Below, one piece after another: positions 40,715 through 48,733 of a DNA stretch of 64,000 bases. Both the position numbers and the translations under genes were made by a program. How positions within the stretch are numbered: position 1 is the first letter of the stretch; each line of letters opens with the position of its first letter. A model generated the notes under the pieces. It searched no databases. It was not told the DNA's origin and saw nothing but the letters and a program-made list of their open reading frames with translations. The DNA is from a virus, in the IMG/VR virus record IMGVR_UViG_3300049171_000092, positions 21,279 to 85,278 of that record; one strand, given 5' to 3'.

Positions 40715-41112
40715 GGCTCGTCTCCTCCCCACCCGCCGGCCGTCGGGCGTGGGTTGCGGGGGATGCCCCACCGCTGCTCGTCGAGCCGGGCCTGGATCCG
40801 CATCCATGGGCGGCATGCGTCGGTTTTGCAGTCGGCGCAGTACGGTTCGCCGCTCTCGCCGGTGTGGTCGGCCGCCCATCCGGTGACGGCGTGGTACTTG
40901 GCCGGCTCGGCGGTCAGTCGGGCGGCCCGACGGCGTCGCATCCGTTCCAGAATTATCGCCTGGCTGGGCTTCACCCACTGGTGCAGGCCGATGATCGGTG
41001 TCCACTGGGTGCCGTGGTGGTGCTGTTCGTCGCCGCACCAGCGGCATCCGAACGGCGGCTCGGAGGCGATGCCCCGAGCGGCCATCTGGGCGCGGATCGT
41101 AGCGGTGCTCAT
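40708..41112 (-). CDS. 134-aa Cys/His-rich protein (..FGCRWCGDEQHHHG..YCADCKTDAC..)
   Basis: Internal ATG of track ORF 40708..41190; ATGA overlap with the upstream stop. Confidence 0.55.
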   Translation of the reverse strand: MSTATIRAQMAARGIASEPPFGCRWCGDEQHHHGTQWTPIIGLHQWVKPSQAIILERMRRRRAARLTAEPAKYHAVTGWAADHTGESGEPYCADCKTDACRPWMRIQARLDEQRWGIPRNPRPTAGGWGGDEPW

Positions 41113-41348
41113 GCGGTCTCCTTGGTGATGTCGGTCCAGGCGCCACCGCTCCAGTCGTCGAGCGTTCGACTGTTCTGCACCCACGTCCACTCGTCCGCGC
41201 GTCGCCTGCCGTGCCAGCCTTTCGCTCGGGGCGTTCCCGTCTCCGAATCGGCGGTGACGGACTCGCAGTAGAAGCGGAAGCGCTCACGGCCGCCGGGCCA
41301 ACCGGCACGGGCCGCGTAGGTGTGTCCGGGCTGGAAGAAGGTGCTCAT
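41109..41348 (-). CDS. hypothetical 79-aa protein
   Basis: Track ORF. Confidence 0.5.
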   Translation of the reverse strand: MSTFFQPGHTYAARAGWPGGRERFRFYCESVTADSETGTPRAKGWHGRRRADEWTWVQNSRTLDDWSGGAWTDITKETA

Positions 41349-41351
41349 GCG

Positions 41352-41468
41352 TTAGTCCTCGTCTCGGTCGTTGTCGTAGTCGCGGTCGCCCCACCAGCGG
41401 TCCCAGGTGGCGACTTCGGCGGGAGTTTCCTCTCACCACGGGGCCGGCGGCAGGGGCGGGGCGGTCAC
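41352..41468 (-). pseudogene. paralog of 40574..40714 interrupted by an in-frame TGA (TGG to TGA)
   Basis: VTAPPLPPAPW*EETPAEVATWDRWWGDRDYDNDRDED. The DNA GAGGAAACTCCCGCCGAAG is shared with the intact copy. Confidence 0.4.
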
Positions 41469-41668
41469 CGGGAGTCGTCCGGCGCAGGCTCCCCGATGGG
41501 GGCGAGTTCGTCTCCGCCGTAGGTGCCCTTCGCTCCTTCCGGGGTGTCCATGAGGACGTGGTAGTCGTCGTATGCCGGGTCGTATCCGATGACGGTTCCG
41601 GTCGTGCCAGCCGGGATGCCAGCCCGGACGACGGTGGCACGGACGGGCTGTTCGACATGGAATTTCAT
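41465..41668 (-). CDS. hypothetical 67-aa protein (MKFHVEQPVRATVV..)
   Basis: C-terminal part of the spurious 487-aa track ORF; clear ATG. Confidence 0.5.
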   Translation of the reverse strand: MKFHVEQPVRATVVRAGIPAGTTGTVIGYDPAYDDYHVLMDTPEGAKGTYGGDELAPIGEPAPDDSR

Positions 41669-41721
41669 GAAGGTTCCTATCGGTTCAAGCCGGGCAGGAC
41701 AGCCCGGCAGACGGGGCGGGT

Positions 41722-42126
41722 TCAGGCGAGTTCGCGAGGTACGACGAGGAGGAGGCTGTCGGGCCGGTAGGTGGTACAGCCGTCGACGGTCCAGTGCCCG
41801 GGACCGGCGACACGGATTTCCGCGTTGTGGGCGCACAGCCAGCAGTGCGCGGGGTTGAACGGGCGAGCGTCCGCCAGCTGCGGCTGGCTGGCGTGGGAGA
41901 AGTACGACACCCACTGCGCCTGGTCGAGCGGTTCGAGGAGGGCCCCGTAGTGGGGCTGGATGGTGCCGATGATCGTGTCGCCGGCCCGTACCTCGGCGAC
42001 GGGGGCGACGCGGACCGCGGCCGGGTCGAAGGCGTCGTCGGGCGGGGTGACCATGCGGGCGCCCGACGCGGTACGGGAAGACGGGGCGCGGACGATCACG
42101 CGGTGGAAGGCGACGGGGACGGGCAC
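41722..42126 (-). CDS. hypothetical 134-aa protein
   Basis: Track ORF. Confidence 0.5.
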   Translation of the reverse strand: MPVPVAFHRVIVRAPSSRTASGARMVTPPDDAFDPAAVRVAPVAEVRAGDTIIGTIQPHYGALLEPLDQAQWVSYFSHASQPQLADARPFNPAHCWLCAHNAEIRVAGPGHWTVDGCTTYRPDSLLLVVPRELA

Positions 42127-42177
42127 AGCGGGCTCCTTGCAGGCGGTCTGGGTCGTCTGCTGCGTCGTGGAGTTGGT

Positions 42178-42600
42178 CTAGGCGACCTCCGTGAAGTCGG
42201 CCTGGGCGAGGTGGCGGGTGGCCTTGTACGTGGTGAGCGCGACGTAGAGGGCGGGGTCGGTGGGCTTGTAGACGTGGACGTGGATCCACTTGCCGGTCGT
42301 GCGGTGCTGCGCCCAGACCTTGATGGCGTCGGTGCCGAGGTTCATGGCGCGGTAGGCCTTGGCGGTGTGCCGGCCGTACCAGGAGCGCTGTCCGTCCTTC
42401 AGTTCGTCGGCGCCGAGGCGGTCGAGGAGGTCGCCGGTGCGGATGAGCCGGCCCTGGTCGACGGCGACGGCGATGTCGCCGGACAGGCAGCGGTAGTAGA
42501 GGGCCTTCGGCATGGTCATCGCGGTGTGGTGGGTGCGGCGGATGACGGTGAGGGCGCGGGCCTTCAGGTTGCTGCGACGGGTGCGGCTGGTGCGGATCAT
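42178..42600 (-). CDS. hypothetical 140-aa basic protein, first gene of the leftward early operon
   Basis: Internal ATG (MIRTSRTRRS..) of track ORF 42178..42783, next to the operator region. Confidence 0.5.
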   Translation of the reverse strand: MIRTSRTRRSNLKARALTVIRRTHHTAMTMPKALYYRCLSGDIAVAVDQGRLIRTGDLLDRLGADELKDGQRSWYGRHTAKAYRAMNLGTDAIKVWAQHRTTGKWIHVHVYKPTDPALYVALTTYKATRHLAQADFTEVA

Positions 42601-42627
42601 GTGCGGGTCCCCCTCGATGCAACTTAC

Positions 42628-42749
42628 TGCCAACTTTCTTGGCACTTCGATAGTGACATGACCACCCGCCAGAGTGCAACATAGTTGGCATGACAAATCC
42701 GCGAACCGATGCCCATTCAGTTGGCAGCGAGGTGCATACCGACTTGGCA
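42628..42749. promoter_or_regulatory. divergent switch region with four TGCCAA-N5-TTGGCA-type operators
   Basis: O1 42628-42644 is perfect (TGCCAACTTTCTTGGCA). O2 42674-42690, O3 42710-42726 and O4 42733-42749 keep the TTGGCA half-site. Locally low GC. Confidence 0.6.
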
Positions 42750-42773
42750 CCCGCCCGTGAGACCATCTGGGAC

Positions 42774-43022
42774 ATGACGCCACGCCCCGACCCGCAGACC
42801 GAAGCCGCTTGGCTGCGCAAGCTCGACCGAGCCACCACCGCCCACGAGAAGGCCAGGACCACCCTCGACGAGCTGATCGCCGACGCTCGCGCCGCTGGCG
42901 TCCCCCTCATGACCATCGCCAAGCACACGCCCTACAGCCGCGAGTGGGCACGGAAGATCGCCGACCGCATCGACAAGGAACGCACCACAGAAGCAGCAGC
43001 CAAGGAGGCGCAGGATGGATGA
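42774..43022 (+). CDS. putative HTH regulator (82 aa)
   Basis: ..AGVPLMTIAKHTPYSREWARKIADRI.. helix-turn-helix. I preferred the ATG at 42774 because codons 1-28 of the track ORF have low GC3 and contain operators O3 and O4. Confidence 0.5.
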   Translation: MTPRPDPQTEAAWLRKLDRATTAHEKARTTLDELIADARAAGVPLMTIAKHTPYSREWARKIADRIDKERTTEAAAKEAQDG

Positions 43023-43434
43023 GCTGGTGCGGTGGCTGGAGGTGCAGCTCAACTGGGATGCGGCTGTGGCGCGCTGCGCCTGCCACCTGGACGAGGGCCA
43101 GTGGCGGCAGGACGATCCACAGCGTTACCAGGGCCGGATCGTGGATGATCGCGGCGAGATGGTGGTGAAGGACGAGGGGATGTTGTCGGAGCAGCGTGCC
43201 CGCCACATCGCCGAGCATGATCCGGCGCGGGTGCTGCGCGAGATCGACGCCAAGCGGCAGCTGGTGGAGCTGCACCACCCCGAGCTGATCGAAGTTACCA
43301 ACGCGGACCGCGATGAGCGGTCCGGGTACTGGTGCTTTGAGTGCGACAGCGAGCCGTTCCCCTGCCGCACGCTGCGCCTGCTCGCCCTGCCCTACGCGGG
43401 CCGGCCCGGCTACCGCGAGGCGTGGCGGCCGTAG
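43015..43434 (+). CDS. 139-aa conserved actinobacterial protein of unknown function
   Basis: Track ORF; ..ARHIAEHDPARVLREIDAKRQLVELH.. pattern. Confidence 0.55.
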   Translation: MDELVRWLEVQLNWDAAVARCACHLDEGQWRQDDPQRYQGRIVDDRGEMVVKDEGMLSEQRARHIAEHDPARVLREIDAKRQLVELHHPELIEVTNADRDERSGYWCFECDSEPFPCRTLRLLALPYAGRPGYREAWRP

Positions 43435-43527
43435 CCCGCCCCCTCGAAGCGTCCTGCTGGATGGCTCCGGTGGGGCGCTTCGTCGATTCCGCCCCTTCTC
43501 CCCCGCGGCCGGCGTCAGACTGCTGTC

Positions 43528-43728
43528 ATGGCGATTCGGGCGAGCATTCAGGCGGACACCGAAGACGAGTGCGTCGAGGGCTTGGCGAAGCTGGTGGATG
43601 CCGGCTTCCGGCCGACTCTGCCGCCGCGGTACATGACGGATGGCCGGTGGCTGGCCCGCGCCGTACCCGCACCCAACGCGAAGGCCCCGACCGCGGGTGA
43701 CGGCCGGGGCCCTGTCGTAGCTGGCTGA
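43528..43728 (+). CDS. hypothetical 66-aa protein
   Basis: Track ORF. Confidence 0.45.
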   Translation: MAIRASIQADTEDECVEGLAKLVDAGFRPTLPPRYMTDGRWLARAVPAPNAKAPTAGDGRGPVVAG

Positions 43729-44124
43729 TCAGGCCGCGGCCATTCCGAGGGCTGCTACGGCCAGGACGATGACGTGTGCTGTCTGGTCGACGTGGGCCGC
43801 TCCCCCGTGCTGGGCGAATCCGGCCTGCCGGGTGTGTTCCATCCACCAGCGGACCGGCCACCTGCGGTCGATGACGGCATGGGTGCCACCGATCCAGACC
43901 AGGGCCGCCACGCTCGCCCAGATGCCGGCGCTCTGGTCAAGGACGACGGACGCGACCGTGAGCGCGACCGCGCAGGTAGCGACGTGGATTCCGGCGTGGA
44001 CCAAGTTGGCCCGCCATCCCTTCGCGGAGCAATCCGCCTTGTGTGCGGCCTGGTGGTCGGTCTGCAGCGGGTAGTCCGCGGCGAGGTGCGCGACGTACAG
44101 CAGGGCGAACAACTCTGCGAACAT
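43729..44124 (-). CDS. membrane protein resembling the DUF3307 family
   Basis: ..YVAHLAADYPLQTDHQA.. (H-x3-D-x-x-x-Q signature) plus 4 hydrophobic helices. Confidence 0.6.
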   Translation of the reverse strand: MFAELFALLYVAHLAADYPLQTDHQAAHKADCSAKGWRANLVHAGIHVATCAVALTVASVVLDQSAGIWASVAALVWIGGTHAVIDRRWPVRWWMEHTRQAGFAQHGGAAHVDQTAHVIVLAVAALGMAAA

Positions 44125-44159
44125 GATGGGTCTCCGGGTCTCGTGACGGGGTTCGGGGT

Positions 44160-44195
44160 GGGGCGGCCGTGCGCCTGGTAGTGGACGGCCGCCCC
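44160..44195 (-). terminator. hairpin terminator
   Basis: GGGGCGGCCGT ... ACGGCCGCCCC, an 11-bp stem. Confidence 0.5.
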
Positions 44196-44202
44196 GGCAG
44201 GG

Positions 44203-44415
44203 TTAGCGGCTGCTCTGGTCGCCGTAGACGTCGCCGTTGATGACGCGTCCGGCGACGTAGTCCCCGGCGTGAGACTCTCCGCGAACGGTGATGTTCGTGG
44301 TGGTCTGGCTGCCGTAGTGGGTGCCGGTGTTGACGTTCTGCCTGGTGGCGGCGAGTGCGTCGTTGACGACCTCGTTGGCGACCTGCTGCGCGAGTTCCTT
44401 GGGGCTGCGTGCCAT
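44203..44415 (-). CDS. hypothetical 70-aa protein (MARSPKELAQQ..)
   Basis: C-terminal part of track ORF 44203..44682; AGGAGGACACC SD region. Confidence 0.5.
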   Translation of the reverse strand: MARSPKELAQQVANEVVNDALAATRQNVNTGTHYGSQTTTNITVRGESHAGDYVAGRVINGDVYGDQSSR

Positions 44416-44509
44416 GGTGTCCTCCTGGTGGGTTCGGGTTAGTGGTTCTACTGTCTCGGTGCTGCGGTTGGCTGTCGGCACTGAGAGTGCAGACGGGGCG
44501 TGACGGGCG

Positions 44510-44941
44510 TCACTTCCGGTTGATGGTCTTGGCCCACACGCCGCGGGTCTCGGTGTTGCGCTGGTCCTGGTAGACGTTGCCGTGGAAGTGCTGGTGTACC
44601 TCCGGCTCGGGCCGGGCCCGCTTGACGAGCCGGCCGAGGGCGAGGACGAGGGCGGTCGGCGCACCGAACACGCAGGCGACAACCGCCGGGTTGGCGTATC
44701 CGGACGCCCACAGGACCGCGGTGGTCGCTCCGCCGGAGGTGGCGATGAGGACGCTGGCGCCGAGCATGCGCGCGGTGTCGTCGACGGCCTTGGGGCTCAT
44801 CGGCGGCCGGCCGGGCTGCGGTACGGGCGGGGTCGGCCCGACGGCGGGCACGGGGGTGTGGTCGCGGAAGGCGGTGGCGATGATGCGGTCGGCTTCCTCC
44901 TTGGCGGCCTCCTCGCTCATCGGGGTGATCTGCTCGGTCAT
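44510..44941 (-). CDS. membrane protein (143 aa, 2 TM)
   Basis: Track ORF; hydrophobic segments GASVLIATSGGATTAVLWA and AVVACVFGAPTALVLAL. Confidence 0.55.
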   Translation of the reverse strand: MTEQITPMSEEAAKEEADRIIATAFRDHTPVPAVGPTPPVPQPGRPPMSPKAVDDTARMLGASVLIATSGGATTAVLWASGYANPAVVACVFGAPTALVLALGRLVKRARPEPEVHQHFHGNVYQDQRNTETRGVWAKTINRK

Positions 44942-44950
44942 GTGGGTCTC

Positions 44951-45133
44951 CTAGCTGAGGGTGATGTGGGTGGCGGTCCAGGTGCGGTTCTTGCGGGCGC
45001 TGTTCTCGCGGATCCAGTCGGCGACGAGTCGGCGGGCTTCGGTTTCGCTGGCGGCTTGGACGGTTCCGTCGGCGCGGCCGTCGTGGTGCTTGCCGTCGCT
45101 CACCTGGGCGGTCCAGCGGTAGGTGCGGGTCAT
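44951..45133 (-). CDS. hypothetical 60-aa protein
   Basis: Internal ATG; ATGA-type overlap with the upstream gene. Confidence 0.45.
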   Translation of the reverse strand: MTRTYRWTAQVSDGKHHDGRADGTVQAASETEARRLVADWIRENSARKNRTWTATHITLS

Positions 45134-45318
45134 TCGGCGTCCTCCACGCAGTGGCCGAGGATCCGCATGGCGGTCTCCTGGCGGTGGTCGCCGGAGTGGG
45201 CGGTGAGGTCGTAGGCGGCGTGGTGGCTGCCAGCGTTGAGCTGGGCGGCGGCCTCCTGCACTTCGGTCTCGGTGGGCCGGTAGCCCTTGGGTTCGTGGGT
45301 GCGTCGGATGCGGGGCAT
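45130..45318 (-). CDS. hypothetical 62-aa protein
   Basis: Track ORF. Confidence 0.45.
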   Translation of the reverse strand: MPRIRRTHEPKGYRPTETEVQEAAAQLNAGSHHAAYDLTAHSGDHRQETAMRILGHCVEDAE

Positions 45319-45327
45319 GTGGGTCTC

Positions 45328-45945
45328 CTAGTCGATGTCGCCGGTGCCGTGGCACACGGAGCAGCGGATGCTGGTGGTGTCGTGCAGGCGGGTTTCGATG
45401 GCGTGGCGGCCTTTGCCGCGGCAGGCGGGGCACGGGTTGATCGGCTGGGGCTGGTGGTCGGGGTCGGGCTGGTAGCCGCCGGCCTGGACGGTCCAGGCGG
45501 CCTCGAGCGCCCCGGCTTTCGCGGCGGCGACGCCGTTGCGGGCGGCCTGCTTGATCGGGCGGGTGACGGCGCGGACCGCCTTCCGCTTCTGCTTCCGTAG
45601 GGCGGGTTTGATGAGGCGCCGCCAGTAGATGCGGACCGCGGCCTTCACGTCCTCCGGCGTCACCTCCGGGTACAGCACCCCGGCCAGGACGGCACCGCCA
45701 ATGGTGACCTCAAACGTGTCCTCATCCTCCGGGCGCTGCCGGCCGGTGGACGCGGCCTTGATCTGCTTCAGACCGCCGACGGTGATGAGCGGGTCTTCCC
45801 AGCTGTGGGACTGCCAGCAGTTGCCGTGGACCGGCATCGCGTCGATGAAGCTGCCGCCGTCGAGGGTGAATGCCTCGCTGAGGCATTCAGGGCACGTGTA
45901 GGGGGCGCCGTCGATCGTCATCTGCTGGATCTTCAGGGTGAGCAT
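45328..45945 (-). CDS. 205-aa protein with a C-terminal DnaJ-type zinc finger (CPACRGKGRH..CSVCHGTGD)
   Basis: ATG at 45945 with a GGAGGAG SD; two CxxCxGxG motifs. Confidence 0.55.
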   Translation of the reverse strand: MLTLKIQQMTIDGAPYTCPECLSEAFTLDGGSFIDAMPVHGNCWQSHSWEDPLITVGGLKQIKAASTGRQRPEDEDTFEVTIGGAVLAGVLYPEVTPEDVKAAVRIYWRRLIKPALRKQKRKAVRAVTRPIKQAARNGVAAAKAGALEAAWTVQAGGYQPDPDHQPQPINPCPACRGKGRHAIETRLHDTTSIRCSVCHGTGDID

Positions 45946-45985
45946 GGACTCCTCCGGGGGTGGCGTTTTGTGGTGGTATGCCACC

Positions 45986-46130
45986 CGTGATGAGCGGCAT
46001 CGGTGCAGGTCAGGAGGCGTGATGGGGGCGTGATGCGGCGACCTGCCCCCGCGATGGGTTGCGGGGGTATCACGCCCCCATCACGGGAGGCGTCACGGGC
46101 CTGACCTGCGACGTCATGGGCGCGTCACGG
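45986..46130. repeat. array of nine CGTGAYG-type 8-bp repeats (4 direct, 5 inverted) including a 17-bp perfect inverted repeat; clt-, ori- or operator-like
   Basis: Direct copies: CGTGATGA 45986, CGTGATGG 46018, CGTGATGC 46029, CGCGATGG 46050. Inverted copies at 46068, 46078, 46091, 46112 and 46123. CGTGATGGGGGCGTGAT (46018-46034) is inverted against ATCACGCCCCCATCACG (46069-46085). Confidence 0.6.
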
Positions 46131-48266
46131 GCGCTCCCCTGTCAGAGACAAGATCGTTGCCAGGTAGTAGCCTCGGCCTCCCGACCACTGTTTGACGCGC
46201 ATGTCCACGCCCGGCGCAACCTCATTGGCTACCTCCCGGAGAGCCTTCAGGAACCGGTCGCGTGCCTGGTCGAAGTCCCCGTCCTCCTCGGGGGCCCAGT
46301 CGCTGGACGCTGCAGCGACGAGCTTGTACAACTCGGTGCTGGTCATCCGGTCCGGGTCACCGACGGAAGCGAACGCGGCACGGGCGAGGGCGATCGGCTC
46401 GGGGACCTTCGGCGCCGGGGCGCCAATGCGCCCCTTGCCGCCCTCACCGCCGGCCGCCGACGACACACCGGTCTCGGCGACGAGCTGCTCCTCGATCAGG
46501 TCCCGCCACTGTCCCGGCAAGCGCCCGGCGGCCTTGCGGATCTCGTAGGCCTCGGCGGCGACCCGCTTCTTGTCCTCGGGCTTCACCAGGTAGGAGCGGA
46601 CCTCGATCACGCCGGTCTCCGGGGTCGACAGCCAGGCGCGACCCGGCTGGTCGATCGGGATCTTCGACGCGTCGTAGCCCTGCCCGGTCATGCCGTCGCC
46701 GAGGATCGTGTTCGACGCGGTGCCGGACTCGGTCTTCATCGCCGCCCGGGCGACGTGGTTCTGCCGGAGCCGGCCGCGGATGACGTCGACCTCGGGCACC
46801 TGGGTGAGGCTGATGAGGGTGACACCGAGCGCGGCACCGACGGCGGCAATCTGTGACAGGTTCTCGGTGATCTCGTCCGCGTGGGGGCTGGTTCCCTTCG
46901 GGGTGTAGGTGGCGAGTTCGTCGACGATGAAGACCTCACGGCCGCCGAGGAGGCGCATGCACTCCTCGTAGTTGTCGTCGTCAATCTTTTCGTAGCCGTA
47001 CTCGTCGAGGAGGTCGGAGCGCCGGTCGATCTCCTCCTTGATCAGGCGGGTGATGACGGCGAGACGCTCCGGGCTGCGCTTCACGAACGTGGCCATGATC
47101 GGCGCGTAGGGGTTGTGCTCGGCGGTGCCCTTGCCGTCGAAGACGCGGACGTTCACCCACGGGTCCTTGGCAATGCCGAGCAGGATGTTCGCCAGCAGCA
47201 TGCCTTTACCGCGGCGGGTGGCGCCGCCGACGATGATGCTGCTGTCGCGGATCCACAGAGTGATCGGCTCACCGTGCTTACCGAACGCGACAGTGACGCC
47301 GTCGCGGAAGGTGTTCACGGGCCCGTCGTGGTCGATCAGCGGGGACCGGCGGACGATAGCGAACGGGTCGCTGCTGGACACCCACACCTTCAGCCGGGAT
47401 TCGCTGCTGCCGGGGCTGCGGTCGACGTCGAGGTCGATCCAGTCGCGGTGCACGGCGAGCGCGGACGCGATCTTCTGCTGCTGTTCCTTGCCGAGGGCGG
47501 CGGAGGCGGGGATGCCGGAGGGCAGGTCGACGGCGTAGGCGATGCCGGGGCCGTCGCTGTGGGGGATGCCGACGCCGCGGATCTCGGCCGCCCGCCGCTC
47601 GGGGACGACGCCGGCTTCGACGAGGACGCGCCGCATGGTGTCCTCGCCCAGGTGGCTGGTCCGGGTTGGCGCCTGCGCCGGGGCGGCGACGGGCTCTTCG
47701 GGCCGGCCGAACCAGGCGCCGGTGAGGATGACGGCGATGGCCATGAGGATCTGCACCCACAGCCCGCCAGCCACGGCGGCGATCGTGCCGCCGCCGACGA
47801 GGACCAGGCCGCTGATGCCGGTGCGAATCCAGTGCCGCGTCTTGTGGGCCTTGAACTCGGCGCGGCGCACGTTCAGCACGGCGCGGGCGCTCGACTCGGC
47901 GGCGGCCCGGTCCTTGCCCCGCGGCAGGTCCTTCGCTTCGCGGATCATCTGCTTGGCGGTGGCGATCTGCTGCCGGTAGTCGTCGTGCCGTGCCTCCCAC
48001 CACCTAAGGCACAGGCGCCGGTAGCCGCGCACCGACCAACCCAGGTAGTACGGCGAGTGGGTGGCGTGGAAGCGGACCGCATCGATCGCGTTGTCCCGGG
48101 CGTACACGGCCCACTGGCGGAGCTGCTCGCCGGACATCATCCATGCCGGGCGGGGGCGCTTCTCGAACTCGTAGACGGGGGCCGGCTCGGGGTCCTTGGT
48201 GAGCGTGGCGGTGATCTGCTCCCACTCCGGATCCGGGGTGCTGCTGGGGGTCGTCTCGATGCTCAC
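46125..48266 (-). CDS. FtsK/SpoIIIE-family DNA translocase (TraB-like), 713 aa
   Basis: Two N-terminal TM helices, Walker A GGATRRGKG, Walker B VFIVDE, ..LISLTQ.., and a C-terminal HTH-like ..RMTSTELYKLVAA.. Confidence 0.85.
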   Translation of the reverse strand: MSIETTPSSTPDPEWEQITATLTKDPEPAPVYEFEKRPRPAWMMSGEQLRQWAVYARDNAIDAVRFHATHSPYYLGWSVRGYRRLCLRWWEARHDDYRQQIATAKQMIREAKDLPRGKDRAAAESSARAVLNVRRAEFKAHKTRHWIRTGISGLVLVGGGTIAAVAGGLWVQILMAIAVILTGAWFGRPEEPVAAPAQAPTRTSHLGEDTMRRVLVEAGVVPERRAAEIRGVGIPHSDGPGIAYAVDLPSGIPASAALGKEQQQKIASALAVHRDWIDLDVDRSPGSSESRLKVWVSSSDPFAIVRRSPLIDHDGPVNTFRDGVTVAFGKHGEPITLWIRDSSIIVGGATRRGKGMLLANILLGIAKDPWVNVRVFDGKGTAEHNPYAPIMATFVKRSPERLAVITRLIKEEIDRRSDLLDEYGYEKIDDDNYEECMRLLGGREVFIVDELATYTPKGTSPHADEITENLSQIAAVGAALGVTLISLTQVPEVDVIRGRLRQNHVARAAMKTESGTASNTILGDGMTGQGYDASKIPIDQPGRAWLSTPETGVIEVRSYLVKPEDKKRVAAEAYEIRKAAGRLPGQWRDLIEEQLVAETGVSSAAGGEGGKGRIGAPAPKVPEPIALARAAFASVGDPDRMTSTELYKLVAAASSDWAPEEDGDFDQARDRFLKALREVANEVAPGVDMRVKQWSGGRGYYLATILSLTGERP

Positions 48267-48733
48267 TTCGCGTCCTTTTCAACGGTGCGCTCGAGGCGCG
48301 CTTGGGTGCGGGCGATGGGGTGATAGGGCGCGGTCTGGCCCGGACGGCGGATGGGTGGGGTGCCGCCATTGCGGCGCCGCCGGTCGGCGACTCGGCCGAT
48401 CGTTGGGCTCAGGACGAGGGCGGCAGCCTGTTCGCAGACCACGTCCCAAACCTCACGGGCAGTAATCAGGCCCAGGCTTGAGGTCTCGCTCCAGCCGCTG
48501 TACCGCATCTCGGTTCCGGTGAGGTAGTGCGGCACGTAGAGGTGGAACCTGATCTCGAAGAGAGTTGCCTGTTCGATCTGCCGGGCGAGGCTCCGGGTGG
48601 CAACGGTGAGGCTTCGATAGGGCTCCCACCCGCGCCGGCCGAAGTACTCCAGCCGGCGCGAGTTGGAGGTGGTGCAACCGACCTTTACCGCCCGGAATTC
48701 AGGGTGCGTCAGCACGTAGGCGAGGCCCGTCAT
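48263..48733 (-). CDS. GIY-YIG-like (T5orf172-type) domain protein with an Arg-rich C-terminal tail
   Basis: ..AYVLTHPEFRAVKVGCTTSNSRRLEYF..; tail RRRRNGGTPPIRRPGQTAPY shared with the upstream protein; 4-nt overlaps. Confidence 0.55.
   Translation of the reverse strand: MTGLAYVLTHPEFRAVKVGCTTSNSRRLEYFGRRGWEPYRSLTVATRSLARQIEQATLFEIRFHLYVPHYLTGTEMRYSGWSETSSLGLITAREVWDVVCEQAAALVLSPTIGRVADRRRRNGGTPPIRRPGQTAPYHPIARTQARLERTVEKDAK

Noticed and set aside
41465-42928. 487-aa minus-strand track ORF crossing the switch region
   Set aside because: It overlaps three better-supported genes and the operator region. Only the C-terminal 67 codons (41465-41668), which have a clean ATG, look coding.
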